This document shows positions 19,857-31,103 of a stretch of 64,000 nt of DNA, piece after piece. Origin of the DNA: a virus; the IMG/VR virus record IMGVR_UViG_3300032308_002775, positions 64,001 through 128,000 of that record; one strand, given 5' to 3'. Made by a program: the position numbers and the translations under genes. The notes beneath the pieces are model-generated. The model searched no databases. It saw only the letters and a program-made list of their open reading frames with translations, and was not told the origin of the DNA. How positions within the stretch are numbered: the stretch's first letter is position 1; the number at the start of each line of letters is the position of its first letter.

Positions 19857-21383
19857 ATGAGCTGCGAAGACTTCTTTATCGCGCCCGGCGGCCGGGGAGG
19901 CATTGGCGTTATTCAGCCGCAGAGCGGACTGGACTACCCGATCGTCGACCCGTCGGACGACATTAGATATCTAATCGCCGATTTCTATCTGGCCTACGAC
20001 GATCCCGGATACTACCGCGCGAGCGAGGTCATCCGGCAGCACCCGCTCCGCATCAAATGGCTCTACGGCGTCGGGTGCGAGGAGGCAGAAGCGCCGACCT
20101 GGGCACCTGAACCGGTTCACGAGGCCGACATTCTGATCGTCGACGACAACGGCACGACGGTTTTCGACTCGACGCAGCTGATCCCTGATGGCGGCGACCC
20201 CGAGTACCAAAGCTTTCGAAAACTCAGCTGGGGCGACGATTACGACGTCTACGAGTGGAGCGGCCTCGACGCCGTCTGCCGAATGGTCGTGCACAAGACC
20301 TGGCCGCCCTCGTTCGAAATCGACCCGAAGAACTGGCCGGTCCACCTCGTCCCTGGAAACGCCACGTTGGACGAGCGCGCGATTTACAAAATGCCCCGCC
20401 GCCTCCGCTCGCTCAAGGTGATGGAAGCCGACTTTGAACTCGGCGGCGCTCGGCGCACGGGCGTAATTTTTGCGCCCGGGAACAACATGCTTATCGAGAA
20501 CACGGGTACGGAAGTCGTTGGCCTACGGCAGAACACGAATATCGAGTTTGGCGCAGTCCCCGGCGCGGGGCTGGGAAAATACGACGACTGCCCAGACGAA
20601 CCTGACCGGCCGATTTTTCGGCTTGGTGGCGCTACGGCAAACGCCTACGGCGACCTTGTGATTGCCGGGCCTGACTGCATTTGGGTCCGGCAGCCCACGA
20701 CGCTCAACGTCAATGGCCGGGCCGTGCCGGTCAGGCCGAACAACACGGCGGCGCTCATGGTCGGCAGCAACTGCCCGCCTTGCTGCGACTGCCCCGATTA
20801 CGCAAACACGGCGCTGTACATGAACCGCGTCTCGCGCCGTTATTCGACGATCGGAAAACGGGCGCACGACATCAAACTGCTTCACGAAAACAACATTGAC
20901 CGCTGGGTGGAGCAACGCGAATGCCGCCTGCAAAAACCGTTGCGGGTCATTTTAGCGCCGCAACGCTGCCCAGTCCTCGACGTGGTCATCATGTTCTGCA
21001 ACCAGTGTCAGCAGTGCGCGCAAGACGCGACGCTGTTCGTTGAGTTCGACAGTTTTCCGCTCGGCGCCACGGCCGATGTCGAGTGCGGCTACACAATTTT
21101 GCAGGCGCCCGGATACCCCGGCGCCGAATACGTACTTCAAGGCTCGTATCCGTCGTTCAACGCGCCGCTCCCGCCAGTGGACGTGGGCAACTCTGCATAC
21201 GTGAAGTTTCGCCTGCGCTTCTCGACCAAAACGTACCCCTACCTGATTACGGCCACGCTCACAGGAGCCGTGGGCGACTCTTCCGTTCTCGCCGGGTGCG
21301 TAGACACTGCGCCGGTCGCAATGGCCTCTGCCTCGGCGGCGCTCAACTGCGACCTCGCGGGCAACACGATCCGGAAATGCTAG
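19857..21383 (+). CDS. Cys-rich virion protein, paralog 2 of 5
   Basis: GLDYPIVD, IFRLGGATANAYGDLVI, PCCDC followed by a coiled coil. Confidence 0.55.
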   Translation: MSCEDFFIAPGGRGGIGVIQPQSGLDYPIVDPSDDIRYLIADFYLAYDDPGYYRASEVIRQHPLRIKWLYGVGCEEAEAPTWAPEPVHEADILIVDDNGTTVFDSTQLIPDGGDPEYQSFRKLSWGDDYDVYEWSGLDAVCRMVVHKTWPPSFEIDPKNWPVHLVPGNATLDERAIYKMPRRLRSLKVMEADFELGGARRTGVIFAPGNNMLIENTGTEVVGLRQNTNIEFGAVPGAGLGKYDDCPDEPDRPIFRLGGATANAYGDLVIAGPDCIWVRQPTTLNVNGRAVPVRPNNTAALMVGSNCPPCCDCPDYANTALYMNRVSRRYSTIGKRAHDIKLLHENNIDRWVEQRECRLQKPLRVILAPQRCPVLDVVIMFCNQCQQCAQDATLFVEFDSFPLGATADVECGYTILQAPGYPGAEYVLQGSYPSFNAPLPPVDVGNSAYVKFRLRFSTKTYPYLITATLTGAVGDSSVLAGCVDTAPVAMASASAALNCDLAGNTIRKC

Positions 21384-21386
21384 ACC

Positions 21387-23024
21387 ATGCCCATACGCAA
21401 CCAGAACTGGTACGACCTGCAGGCGACACGGCGCTACCCGCTGGACGAACGCAGCACGGGCGTTGACGACGCAGGCAAGAGCATCCACGACGACATTCTC
21501 GTGGACTGCCATATACGCTTTCCGGTCACGCTTGGGCAGTACTTGTTCGTTCAGGGCATCACTGTGTCTCCGGGTCTGGTGACGTTGGTGTTCGGCGCCG
21601 CGGCCAGCTTGACCGACGCAGCTCCGGTTACCATCGCCGCCGTCTCGCTGCCCAGGTCCACGCCGCAAAACGTCAACCACCCGATTACGCCGCTTGCGGA
21701 CGGCGTGGCGGGCTGGGTTGCGCTGGGGCACGGCCTTGATGAGGAGTTTGTCGGCCGGTACAGCTCGCCGATCCAGACGCTCATTTCACAGCGGTGCGCG
21801 CGACCGTACCGCCCGCTACCAATTCCGTCGCTTGGCAAGCTTGATTTGTCGACGAGTCTTCAGGGCATCGTTACGTTTCTAAGCCAGCCGCCGGTGACGA
21901 CCACGTACATTCCCAAAACATCGGAACAAGCGCTACGAGTTAACAGCACGCCAGTTAATGCGATCGTCTTCAAACTGGAGGACGAGGTGCAGGGAGCAAA
22001 TCCACTCAGAACCTTACTCGGTCCTTGTAACCAGCGCCCCGAGAGCGGAACGTGCCCCAAGCCGCCCATCGAAACCATCAACGGGCTCACGCCAGATTGC
22101 GCCGGAAATATCAACATAACGTTTGACGGCTTCACTCCTGCGGTCTTTGAGAACTGCGGCGGCGTCGATGTCCTCGCCGACACCGGGCTTTCGGAAGCGT
22201 GTGCGGGCGGCGACGGCAACGACGAACGGCGCGCACCGCAGGACAACTGCGTGCCGGGCACTGAAAGCATTGATGACGCGACTTGGTACGACCCGACTAC
22301 GCAGCTGCCCGGGCCGGATTTGCCGCCTGACGTAGTGTCTTCGGAAAGCCTGCCCGACGATAGCGTCATCGGGACGTGCGCTACGCTGCCCGTCTGCGTC
22401 AATTTCGCCGACGGCGCAGCAACCGAATTCGTGGTTCGAGACGGCTTGTTTGTCTTTGATTCTGTGGTTGGTGCGCCGTCGCTCTGTGCAGACGCCTCCT
22501 CGTTGTCGGTGGGCGAGGACGATGCGCACTACGTCTACACTGCCGCAAACATCGTCGGTCGCAACCTAGCGCTGTTCAAGAACTGCGCCAGCGATTGGGC
22601 GCTGTCCAAGACAGTTGGAGTTGAGCTGCAGATCACAGTCTCAGGTTTGCGCCGAAACGGCGGACTGGTTTTGAACTATCTGCGCGGCAATAGCGGCCTG
22701 GGTTCACCAACGCGGTACCTGGTTGCCACGATCGACGCAGACACCGCGCAGCTCAAGCTGTTGCGGTTCAACGGCTCCGCTTTTGTTAACGAATACAGTG
22801 CGCCGTTTCAGGCGATCGTTGACACCTGGTATCGGTTGACCGCTACGCCAGTGCTGGTTGGAAGCGCTGTGGCAATAACGCTAACAGCAGAGGCTGTCGA
22901 CGGAAGCGTGGTGCCGCTTTCTGTATCGCTCACGGTTGCAAACTACGGCGACCCCGTTGGTCAGGCGGGTGTGTTTAGTTCGTCGTCTTACACTCGCTTC
23001 AACAAGTTTACGATCGAGGATTAG
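21387..23024 (+). CDS. Virion protein, paralog 3 of 5, with C-terminal beta-sandwich (lectin-like) domain
   Basis: TRRYPLDERST, IETINGLTPDCAGNINI, C-terminal DTWYRLT...GQAGVFS...RFNKFTI resembling a ConA-like domain. Confidence 0.55.
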   Translation: MPIRNQNWYDLQATRRYPLDERSTGVDDAGKSIHDDILVDCHIRFPVTLGQYLFVQGITVSPGLVTLVFGAAASLTDAAPVTIAAVSLPRSTPQNVNHPITPLADGVAGWVALGHGLDEEFVGRYSSPIQTLISQRCARPYRPLPIPSLGKLDLSTSLQGIVTFLSQPPVTTTYIPKTSEQALRVNSTPVNAIVFKLEDEVQGANPLRTLLGPCNQRPESGTCPKPPIETINGLTPDCAGNINITFDGFTPAVFENCGGVDVLADTGLSEACAGGDGNDERRAPQDNCVPGTESIDDATWYDPTTQLPGPDLPPDVVSSESLPDDSVIGTCATLPVCVNFADGAATEFVVRDGLFVFDSVVGAPSLCADASSLSVGEDDAHYVYTAANIVGRNLALFKNCASDWALSKTVGVELQITVSGLRRNGGLVLNYLRGNSGLGSPTRYLVATIDADTAQLKLLRFNGSAFVNEYSAPFQAIVDTWYRLTATPVLVGSAVAITLTAEAVDGSVVPLSVSLTVANYGDPVGQAGVFSSSSYTRFNKFTIED

Positions 23025-23025
23025 C

Positions 23026-23808
23026 ATGGCGGCTGCTCGTATCCTGTATCCGCAGTTTCGCGACGAGCAAGCTGACTCGCGCTATCCGTTTGCGGACCGC
23101 GCCACCCTTATTTCCAGTGAGCGCCGATTAGAAATCGGTCGCGATACGTTTTTGGATGCGACCATTTACGCCATCGACGGGGAGCAGCAGGCGTATCTCT
23201 CCGCTGTCGTCGTGACGCCGCAACAGGTTACGATTCGCGTTGGCGACAACGCTAATCGCGCGCGGGCAGCAGCGACCTTCGACTCTGCGGCGCCGCCAGC
23301 GGACGGCGTGCTCGCGCTGTACGACGAGTACGGACGGCCTGCGGGGCAGCTACTGTCAGCGCCGCTGGCCCTCGCGCGCTTCTCCGGCTGGCCCACAGAG
23401 ACGCATACATTTTCTACAGAGTCTGCCGAATTTGTTTCGAGCGTTGTAATCCCGGCGCGAGAACCAGGCGTGCGCGCGCTGACTACGCCGGGCGGTCCCA
23501 TCGTTACCGGAGACGTGTGGCTTGTGGGCGGCCGCGGCATAGTCGTTCGCAAAGAGGGCGAGACTACGATCCGCATAGATATCATTGGGCAGCCGCTCTT
23601 CAGCCGCGAAATCTGTGACGAGTTTGATCGATTTGAGTCGCGCAACTTTCTGCAAACGTTGACAATCAACGGCATATCGTGCGGGCCAGATGAGTACGGC
23701 AATTTCATTATCACCGCGAACGGCCACGAGGCTACCGATACGGTTTTGCGGGTCTATCCGCAAGACGGAAACATTAAAATAGACACTGTTGGCCGAAAGG
23801 TAGTGTGA
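23026..23808 (+). CDS. Virion protein, paralog 4 of 5
   Basis: ATG at 23026 after SD GAGG. DSRYPFADRAT, LTINGISCGPDEYGNFII. Confidence 0.6.
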   Translation: MAAARILYPQFRDEQADSRYPFADRATLISSERRLEIGRDTFLDATIYAIDGEQQAYLSAVVVTPQQVTIRVGDNANRARAAATFDSAAPPADGVLALYDEYGRPAGQLLSAPLALARFSGWPTETHTFSTESAEFVSSVVIPAREPGVRALTTPGGPIVTGDVWLVGGRGIVVRKEGETTIRIDIIGQPLFSREICDEFDRFESRNFLQTLTINGISCGPDEYGNFIITANGHEATDTVLRVYPQDGNIKIDTVGRKVV

Positions 23809-23809
23809 A

Positions 23810-24745
23810 ATGCCCCGTCCCGGTTTTTATAACGACAACGAATACCGTGCGTATCCGTTCGTCTACAAAAGCGACTTCTCTGGCCCGCTGCTTCCAGACT
23901 CTGCGGTTGTCGATTGCGGGATCATCATGGGGCTAGACAGCGCGTTTGAACACGAGGCTCACGCGGTGTGGCTGGCGGGAATTACCCGCGCCGCTGGCGT
24001 GATTCGTTTTGAACTGGCGACTGACGCGCCCGGTGCCGCCGCGCTTCCGCTCGTGTTTGAGTGCGCAGACACGGCAGAGGACTGGACAAGCATTTTCGCG
24101 CTATCAGACCCCGCGGCAACTTCGCCCTGCGCGATCGAGCCCACGTGGGAGGGTTTTCTGGTGGTCGGACCGTTGGAGGCGCTGCGGGCGCTGTTGAGCG
24201 AAAACGGCGACGAGCTAACGTTCCCAGCCCGCGAACGGTCGCTCGAGCCCGGGCGCATTCAAAGTCTGGTTAAGAGCTACGTTCGGTCCATCAGTTTAGG
24301 CAATTTACCACGCGTGCGCGCTTTGCCGCCGAGCATCTGTCACGACGAAACCGCGCCCGACCCGCGAGAGCTTGTCGTAAACGCTTTCTGCATGCAAGGC
24401 AACCTGCGCATCAAAGAAGGGTACAATTGTCGCGTTAAACAAACAGACGAGCTTAATGAAATCCGTGTTACCGCCGAAGTCGGTGGCGGCGACACGGACG
24501 TTGATGAACTGTGCGCGCACGGCGGTGAGTTACCCCTCTACCCGGGCGAACCATTTGACCCAGAGACTGGTTTCTTCAGCGGCGGGCCTGCCTGCAATCA
24601 AGTGATCTCAACGATTAACGGTATCGGCGGCGGTAGCGTCAACATTGTTGGCGGCACGGGCGTCAACGTCACCGCAGACGCTGAAACAAACACCGTGATC
24701 GTCGCGCTTGCGCAAAACAACCTTGTCGGTAACTGCAACTCGTAA
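23810..24745 (+). CDS. Virion protein, paralog 5 of 5
   Basis: EYRAYPFV, ISTINGIGGGSVNIVGG. Confidence 0.6.
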   Translation: MPRPGFYNDNEYRAYPFVYKSDFSGPLLPDSAVVDCGIIMGLDSAFEHEAHAVWLAGITRAAGVIRFELATDAPGAAALPLVFECADTAEDWTSIFALSDPAATSPCAIEPTWEGFLVVGPLEALRALLSENGDELTFPARERSLEPGRIQSLVKSYVRSISLGNLPRVRALPPSICHDETAPDPRELVVNAFCMQGNLRIKEGYNCRVKQTDELNEIRVTAEVGGGDTDVDELCAHGGELPLYPGEPFDPETGFFSGGPACNQVISTINGIGGGSVNIVGGTGVNVTADAETNTVIVALAQNNLVGNCNS

Positions 24746-24752
24746 ATAACGT

Positions 24753-26807
<2,055 letters not shown>

Positions 26808-26811
26808 TGAA

Positions 26812-27387
26812 ATGCCCGAATTCACTACGCGAATTGTAGACTTTGGTCCATGCGAATGCTGCGCAACAAGCTCCAGCTCTAGCGACTCCCCGAGCTCCAG
26901 CTCTAGCGGGCCCCCTGGTACTGGTTGGGTATGCCCGCCGCTTACTGGCTGGGTATGCCCCCCAACCAACGACGGTTACATTTGTACTGGCTATGTTTGC
27001 GTAAAAGAATGTCAATGCCCAACGTGCGATGACCCGTTTGCAATTACAGGCACATTTGACGGTATTGTTGCAATAGGCGTTTGTTATGGCGGCGTGTATA
27101 TTGGCCAAAACACCCGCGACGATCTTTTCGGTAGCGGTGGATACGCGGCGTGGAACTACACAGCAACCTGTTTAAACGGCGATTGGTTGTTTGCCGCATC
27201 AATGTGTTTTTTTGATGGGGCAGGCTGCGTAACTGGCGCCAGCTATCGTGCCGTTGTTTTGTGTAAAGACACCGACGAAGATGGATTACCGCGCGCAGGC
27301 ACTATTAACCTTGAACGTGTAGACGACGGCGGGCCGCCCGCAGATGACTGCGAACCTGCCGCGCCGACAATCACAATAACCAAATGA
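26812..27387 (+). CDS. Cys/Ser-rich protein (fibre-associated?)
   Basis: CECCATSSSSS, TGWVCPP twice, AT-richer codons. Start may be GTG at 26800. Confidence 0.6.
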   Translation: MPEFTTRIVDFGPCECCATSSSSSDSPSSSSSGPPGTGWVCPPLTGWVCPPTNDGYICTGYVCVKECQCPTCDDPFAITGTFDGIVAIGVCYGGVYIGQNTRDDLFGSGGYAAWNYTATCLNGDWLFAASMCFFDGAGCVTGASYRAVVLCKDTDEDGLPRAGTINLERVDDGGPPADDCEPAAPTITITK

Positions 27388-28091
27388 ATATTGCTGTAGT
27401 CGCGCACTTGCCCATATTTTTGCCAGGCCAGCGCGCTGCGTTTGCGCGCTATGCGCCGCACGCTGATTACACAGTTGTAGTTCCGCGCGGTTTAAGTCGC
27501 CTTATGCGTCCATACTGCGAAAGCGCTGAACTTGCGTACGAAGAAGCACCGCACGGAAGTTACCTTGCAATCGTTGACTGGCTGGCGCAAAAAGCACAAG
27601 TGCCTACTCTCATTGTCGAGTGGGATGTTGTGCCAATTCGCCCCGTGGTGTTTTCTGCTGCGTGTTCGTATCGCGGAAAACAGCACGCAAATATGCCTAC
27701 ACCCCCGCGGCGTTTTTATTACCCGAATATTTTGGCGTTTAACCCTGCCGTCGATCAGTACACGCCAAGGTATTTGTCAGCTAGCGCAGAACCGTTTTCA
27801 ACACCATTTCGCGCGCTAGAGCACCGAATAATCGAAGCGGCCCATCCCGGCCTGCCGGACTGCTGTGCAGCCGCCGGGTTCTCGCTTATCGGCGATGAGT
27901 ACGCGCACCATCTGCACGGCGCAATGCAAACACCGGAACGGGCTGCCTGCTGGGCAGCTGTTTTATACGAGATCGGCGCCGGGCGGCATCAAATCTTGCC
28001 GCCAAATAAATTTGACGTCGAGACTACACCGGCACCGGCGCAACAGGTAAAATTTACAGATATTCGCACCGTTTACATTTGCGACAACTAG
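27384..28091 (+). CDS. Glycosyltransferase-like protein (degenerate GT-A)
   Basis: MNIAVVAH start, and TLIVEWDVVPIRPV at the position of a DxD motif. Confidence 0.35.
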   Translation: MNIAVVAHLPIFLPGQRAAFARYAPHADYTVVVPRGLSRLMRPYCESAELAYEEAPHGSYLAIVDWLAQKAQVPTLIVEWDVVPIRPVVFSAACSYRGKQHANMPTPPRRFYYPNILAFNPAVDQYTPRYLSASAEPFSTPFRALEHRIIEAAHPGLPDCCAAAGFSLIGDEYAHHLHGAMQTPERAACWAAVLYEIGAGRHQILPPNKFDVETTPAPAQQVKFTDIRTVYICDN

Positions 28092-28094
28092 ACC

Positions 28095-30503
28095 ATGCCG
28101 TGCAGAGAAGTCAATTGCGAGCAGTACGCTAGCCTAACGTGCTATCCGACGCCAGAAGCTTGCGCCGAAAACTGCAACGGAGGCGAACCGCCAGAGCCGC
28201 CGCAATGCGATCCGCCGCTGAATTGTCAGGCGCCTTTTAGCATTCCAGATGAAGAAAATTGCGAATGTCTTTGCAATGAAGCTGACGTTCCGTGCGCGGG
28301 CGGAGAAGTAAACGACGATTGTGCGTGTGTTTGCCCAAACGGTAAAACATTAAACGCGGCTGGGCAATGCGTAGATGTAGTTTTTGAGTGCGGCGCGGGC
28401 GGCGTAGTGCCTGTAGAGGGCAACGTAGGTTTTCAAGGAATGCTCGCGGCGCTCGATGCGTGCGGCCCGGACGTCGGCGGCGACGATCCACCGCCGCCGC
28501 CCATACCGTGTGCTCCAATACCGCTGCCGCCAAATAATGTGCCCATTTTTTGCGCTAACGGCCAGCAAATTGGATTTGACACATACCCGTCGTTTAATGC
28601 TGCATTTTGCCGATGGGAGCCGCCAACTCGCGTCCTATTTGGTGTATGCCCTGAAGATAACGGCGGCGGCGGCGGGGGCGGATCATCAGGATCAGCAGGA
28701 GCATCAGGATCATCGGGATCATCAAGCAGCTCGTGCAATATTTGCGACGCTGGATTCCCAGACGGCATAGACTCTCTAGATGTATATGAGCGCGTAGTGT
28801 GCAATGGGAAAAGCACACTTGTGCGCAAACACATGTACACGTTTCGCCTAATCGATGACGAAAAATGCCCAACAAGTTTTGCTATTTATGATTGGTGCTG
28901 CGTAGATTGCGCCGACATACCGGCCGGACTTTTTGAATGCGACGGGTGCTCGCCATTCCCTGGAAACGCGGGTACCGCTTCTATTGTTTGGGTACTCAAC
29001 AAAGATACGTGTGCGTGGGAAAAACGCACTGACGTGATTGTGTCTGGCGATTGCAACACATGCGGCAATCCATTAAACCGCAGCAGCAGTAGTAGTAGCA
29101 CAAGCGCAACAAGTGAAAGCAGCGGCAGTTCTACGTCTAGCTGTTCTGCTGCTGGCGCAACAGCAATCAACTTTAGTTTTCAAAGCGCGGGCGGCACACC
29201 GTTAAACCAACTCACGCCAACAAGCGCGTTTAGTGTGGCGTTTGCTGTGTCTGACGCTGTCAAAGCCGCCAACGAACAAACACAATGGCGACTTTATTCA
29301 ACAGTTAGCCCAAACATAGACATATTGGGTGGAACTGTTCGCGCAAACGAAGCGGGTTGGTCGCGCGCTGTGTCTGCAAGCCTTTTATTAAATACAATGG
29401 GGCTATCAGGAGAGACAGCCCAACCGGGTCGATACTCTTTTCCAATTTGTGCGGCCGCAACTAATTGCGCAGGCGCCACAAATACACGGTGTGGCGGCAC
29501 AGTTACAGTCGTCGTGCCCCCGCGCTCGAGTATTAGCAGCGTATCTACCAGCAGCGTATCTAGCAGCAGCAGATCTACCAGCAGCGTATCTAGCAGCAGC
29601 AGATCTAGCAGCAGCGTATCTAGCAGCAGCGTATCTAGCAGCAGCAGATCTAGCAGCAGCGTATCTAGCAGCAGCAGATCTAGCAGCAGCGCGCCCAGTG
29701 GCAGCGAAAATCCTTGTTCGTTTGTTACTTATCGCCGACACGAACAAACGCTAGCAAGCATTATGTACGGTTCACTAGAAAACCCAAGAACAAAAACAGA
29801 AACAGATGGTGTCGAGCGTGGGTTGGATCCCGGAGAGTTGGTAAGTATTGCCGTATCTTTTAACAACACGTTGTTACTTGAAACGGCTGTAGCAAATAAC
29901 CCGGGTACAATTGGTTGGCGCCTTACTTTAGCATGCGGTGTCGGGGGTCAGCCGTTACAGCAGCCCACCAATAGCGTAACGCTTGGATCGTATCATTTGT
30001 ATGGTGCGACAGCTGGGCTCGGTGCCGTGCCTACTTCCGTGTTGTCACGTCAACTTGTTTGGACCGTTAGTCAAGCGAGAGATAGTCGCGGCCTTGCGCT
30101 AAGCAACTATGCTAATCTTGCTGGTAAACCAATAATCGAACAAACCGATAACGGCAATTTTGTTAGTTATCCAGGCGACGAATATGCGTGGCGGTCGCGA
30201 TTAAATCATACAACTATTAGCACGCTTATTACTTATGATGACGTGTTAACAGCGATGGGTTTAAGCGCGGCGCAGGCTCGACAAGCGTGCCAAAATTCCC
30301 TTAATGAAGACCGTTGTCGCTATTTTTTAAGGCTACATGCGTACGTTGAATTTTATTGCGGTGGAAGTAGGCTCTGGGGAATCTGTAATAGCGATTTGGT
30401 TAATTCATATAGTCAGGGCTGCTCAATTCGGATGCAGTACGTTCGTGAAGACGGTGTTTTGCAAACCGACAGCAACCTTATCGTAAAAGTGCCCGCGCTG
30501 TAG
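28095..30503 (+). CDS. Large Cys-rich, Ser-repeat virion / receptor-binding-like protein
   Basis: 802 aa. Cys-rich N-terminus, poly-Ser/Gly linkers separating beta-rich domains, AT-richer codons. Confidence 0.6.
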   Translation: MPCREVNCEQYASLTCYPTPEACAENCNGGEPPEPPQCDPPLNCQAPFSIPDEENCECLCNEADVPCAGGEVNDDCACVCPNGKTLNAAGQCVDVVFECGAGGVVPVEGNVGFQGMLAALDACGPDVGGDDPPPPPIPCAPIPLPPNNVPIFCANGQQIGFDTYPSFNAAFCRWEPPTRVLFGVCPEDNGGGGGGGSSGSAGASGSSGSSSSSCNICDAGFPDGIDSLDVYERVVCNGKSTLVRKHMYTFRLIDDEKCPTSFAIYDWCCVDCADIPAGLFECDGCSPFPGNAGTASIVWVLNKDTCAWEKRTDVIVSGDCNTCGNPLNRSSSSSSTSATSESSGSSTSSCSAAGATAINFSFQSAGGTPLNQLTPTSAFSVAFAVSDAVKAANEQTQWRLYSTVSPNIDILGGTVRANEAGWSRAVSASLLLNTMGLSGETAQPGRYSFPICAAATNCAGATNTRCGGTVTVVVPPRSSISSVSTSSVSSSSRSTSSVSSSSRSSSSVSSSSVSSSSRSSSSVSSSSRSSSSAPSGSENPCSFVTYRRHEQTLASIMYGSLENPRTKTETDGVERGLDPGELVSIAVSFNNTLLLETAVANNPGTIGWRLTLACGVGGQPLQQPTNSVTLGSYHLYGATAGLGAVPTSVLSRQLVWTVSQARDSRGLALSNYANLAGKPIIEQTDNGNFVSYPGDEYAWRSRLNHTTISTLITYDDVLTAMGLSAAQARQACQNSLNEDRCRYFLRLHAYVEFYCGGSRLWGICNSDLVNSYSQGCSIRMQYVREDGVLQTDSNLIVKVPAL
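29535..29690 (+). repeat. Tandem 15/18-bp repeats encoding a poly-Ser linker
   Basis: AGCAGC(AGC)GTATCT / AGCAGCAGCAGATCT units encoding SSSVS / SSSRS. Confidence 0.9.
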
Positions 30504-30525
30504 TGCCGGTAATGTGCCGCGCCGA

Positions 30526-30554
30526 TTGACGACAGTTGCGCAGTCTAGTATTGT
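30526..30554 (+). promoter_or_regulatory. Possible sigma70-type promoter
   Basis: TTGACG-N17-TATTGT in the intergenic region before ATG 30593. Confidence 0.35.
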
Positions 30555-30592
30555 TTGTTTGTGATTTGCTCCCCCAAAATACAGGCCTGCAC

Positions 30593-31096
30593 ATGAATTG
30601 CGCGTTTGTCGCGGTTACTTGCCCTAAAACGCTAGAAAAATACAAGTGCTACCGTTGCAAAAATTGCGGCAAAAACATCTCTATTGTCGACGACTCTCGC
30701 GTCAACATAGAGGGCGTGTTTGCACAGTTCACGAGCTGCAGCGGCGAGGCAACTGCAGAGTCGACAGTCGGTGGCGCAGCTTATGACTGGGATCCGGCAG
30801 GCGCAGGGACGCAGCTGAAGAAGCTGCTCTCCAAAATTGGAATCAAATCCACCGAAAACTGCAGCTGCAATACCCGCGCAAAGCTTATGAACGCCAACGG
30901 CATCGAGTGGTGCGAGCAAAACGTCAAAGAGATCGTCGGTTGGCTCAAAGAAGAAGCGGCGAAGCGCAGTATGCCGTTTCTGTCGCTGCCTGCGAAGATA
31001 GTCGTGCAGCACGCCATTAAAATGGCCAAGCGCGCCCGGGACAAAAGAGGGCCGACGCCCGAAGCTGCTGAGCCCGAATCCAGCATGACGGCGTGA
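30593..31096 (+). CDS. Conserved Cys-containing phage protein (often next to glycosyltransferases)
   Basis: GAGTQLKKLL..IGI...CSC..RA..MN..GIEWC..N...IVGWLKEEA..R.MPF motif, N-terminal CxxC. Confidence 0.55.
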   Translation: MNCAFVAVTCPKTLEKYKCYRCKNCGKNISIVDDSRVNIEGVFAQFTSCSGEATAESTVGGAAYDWDPAGAGTQLKKLLSKIGIKSTENCSCNTRAKLMNANGIEWCEQNVKEIVGWLKEEAAKRSMPFLSLPAKIVVQHAIKMAKRARDKRGPTPEAAEPESSMTA

Positions 31097-31103
31097 GGGG
31101 CGT

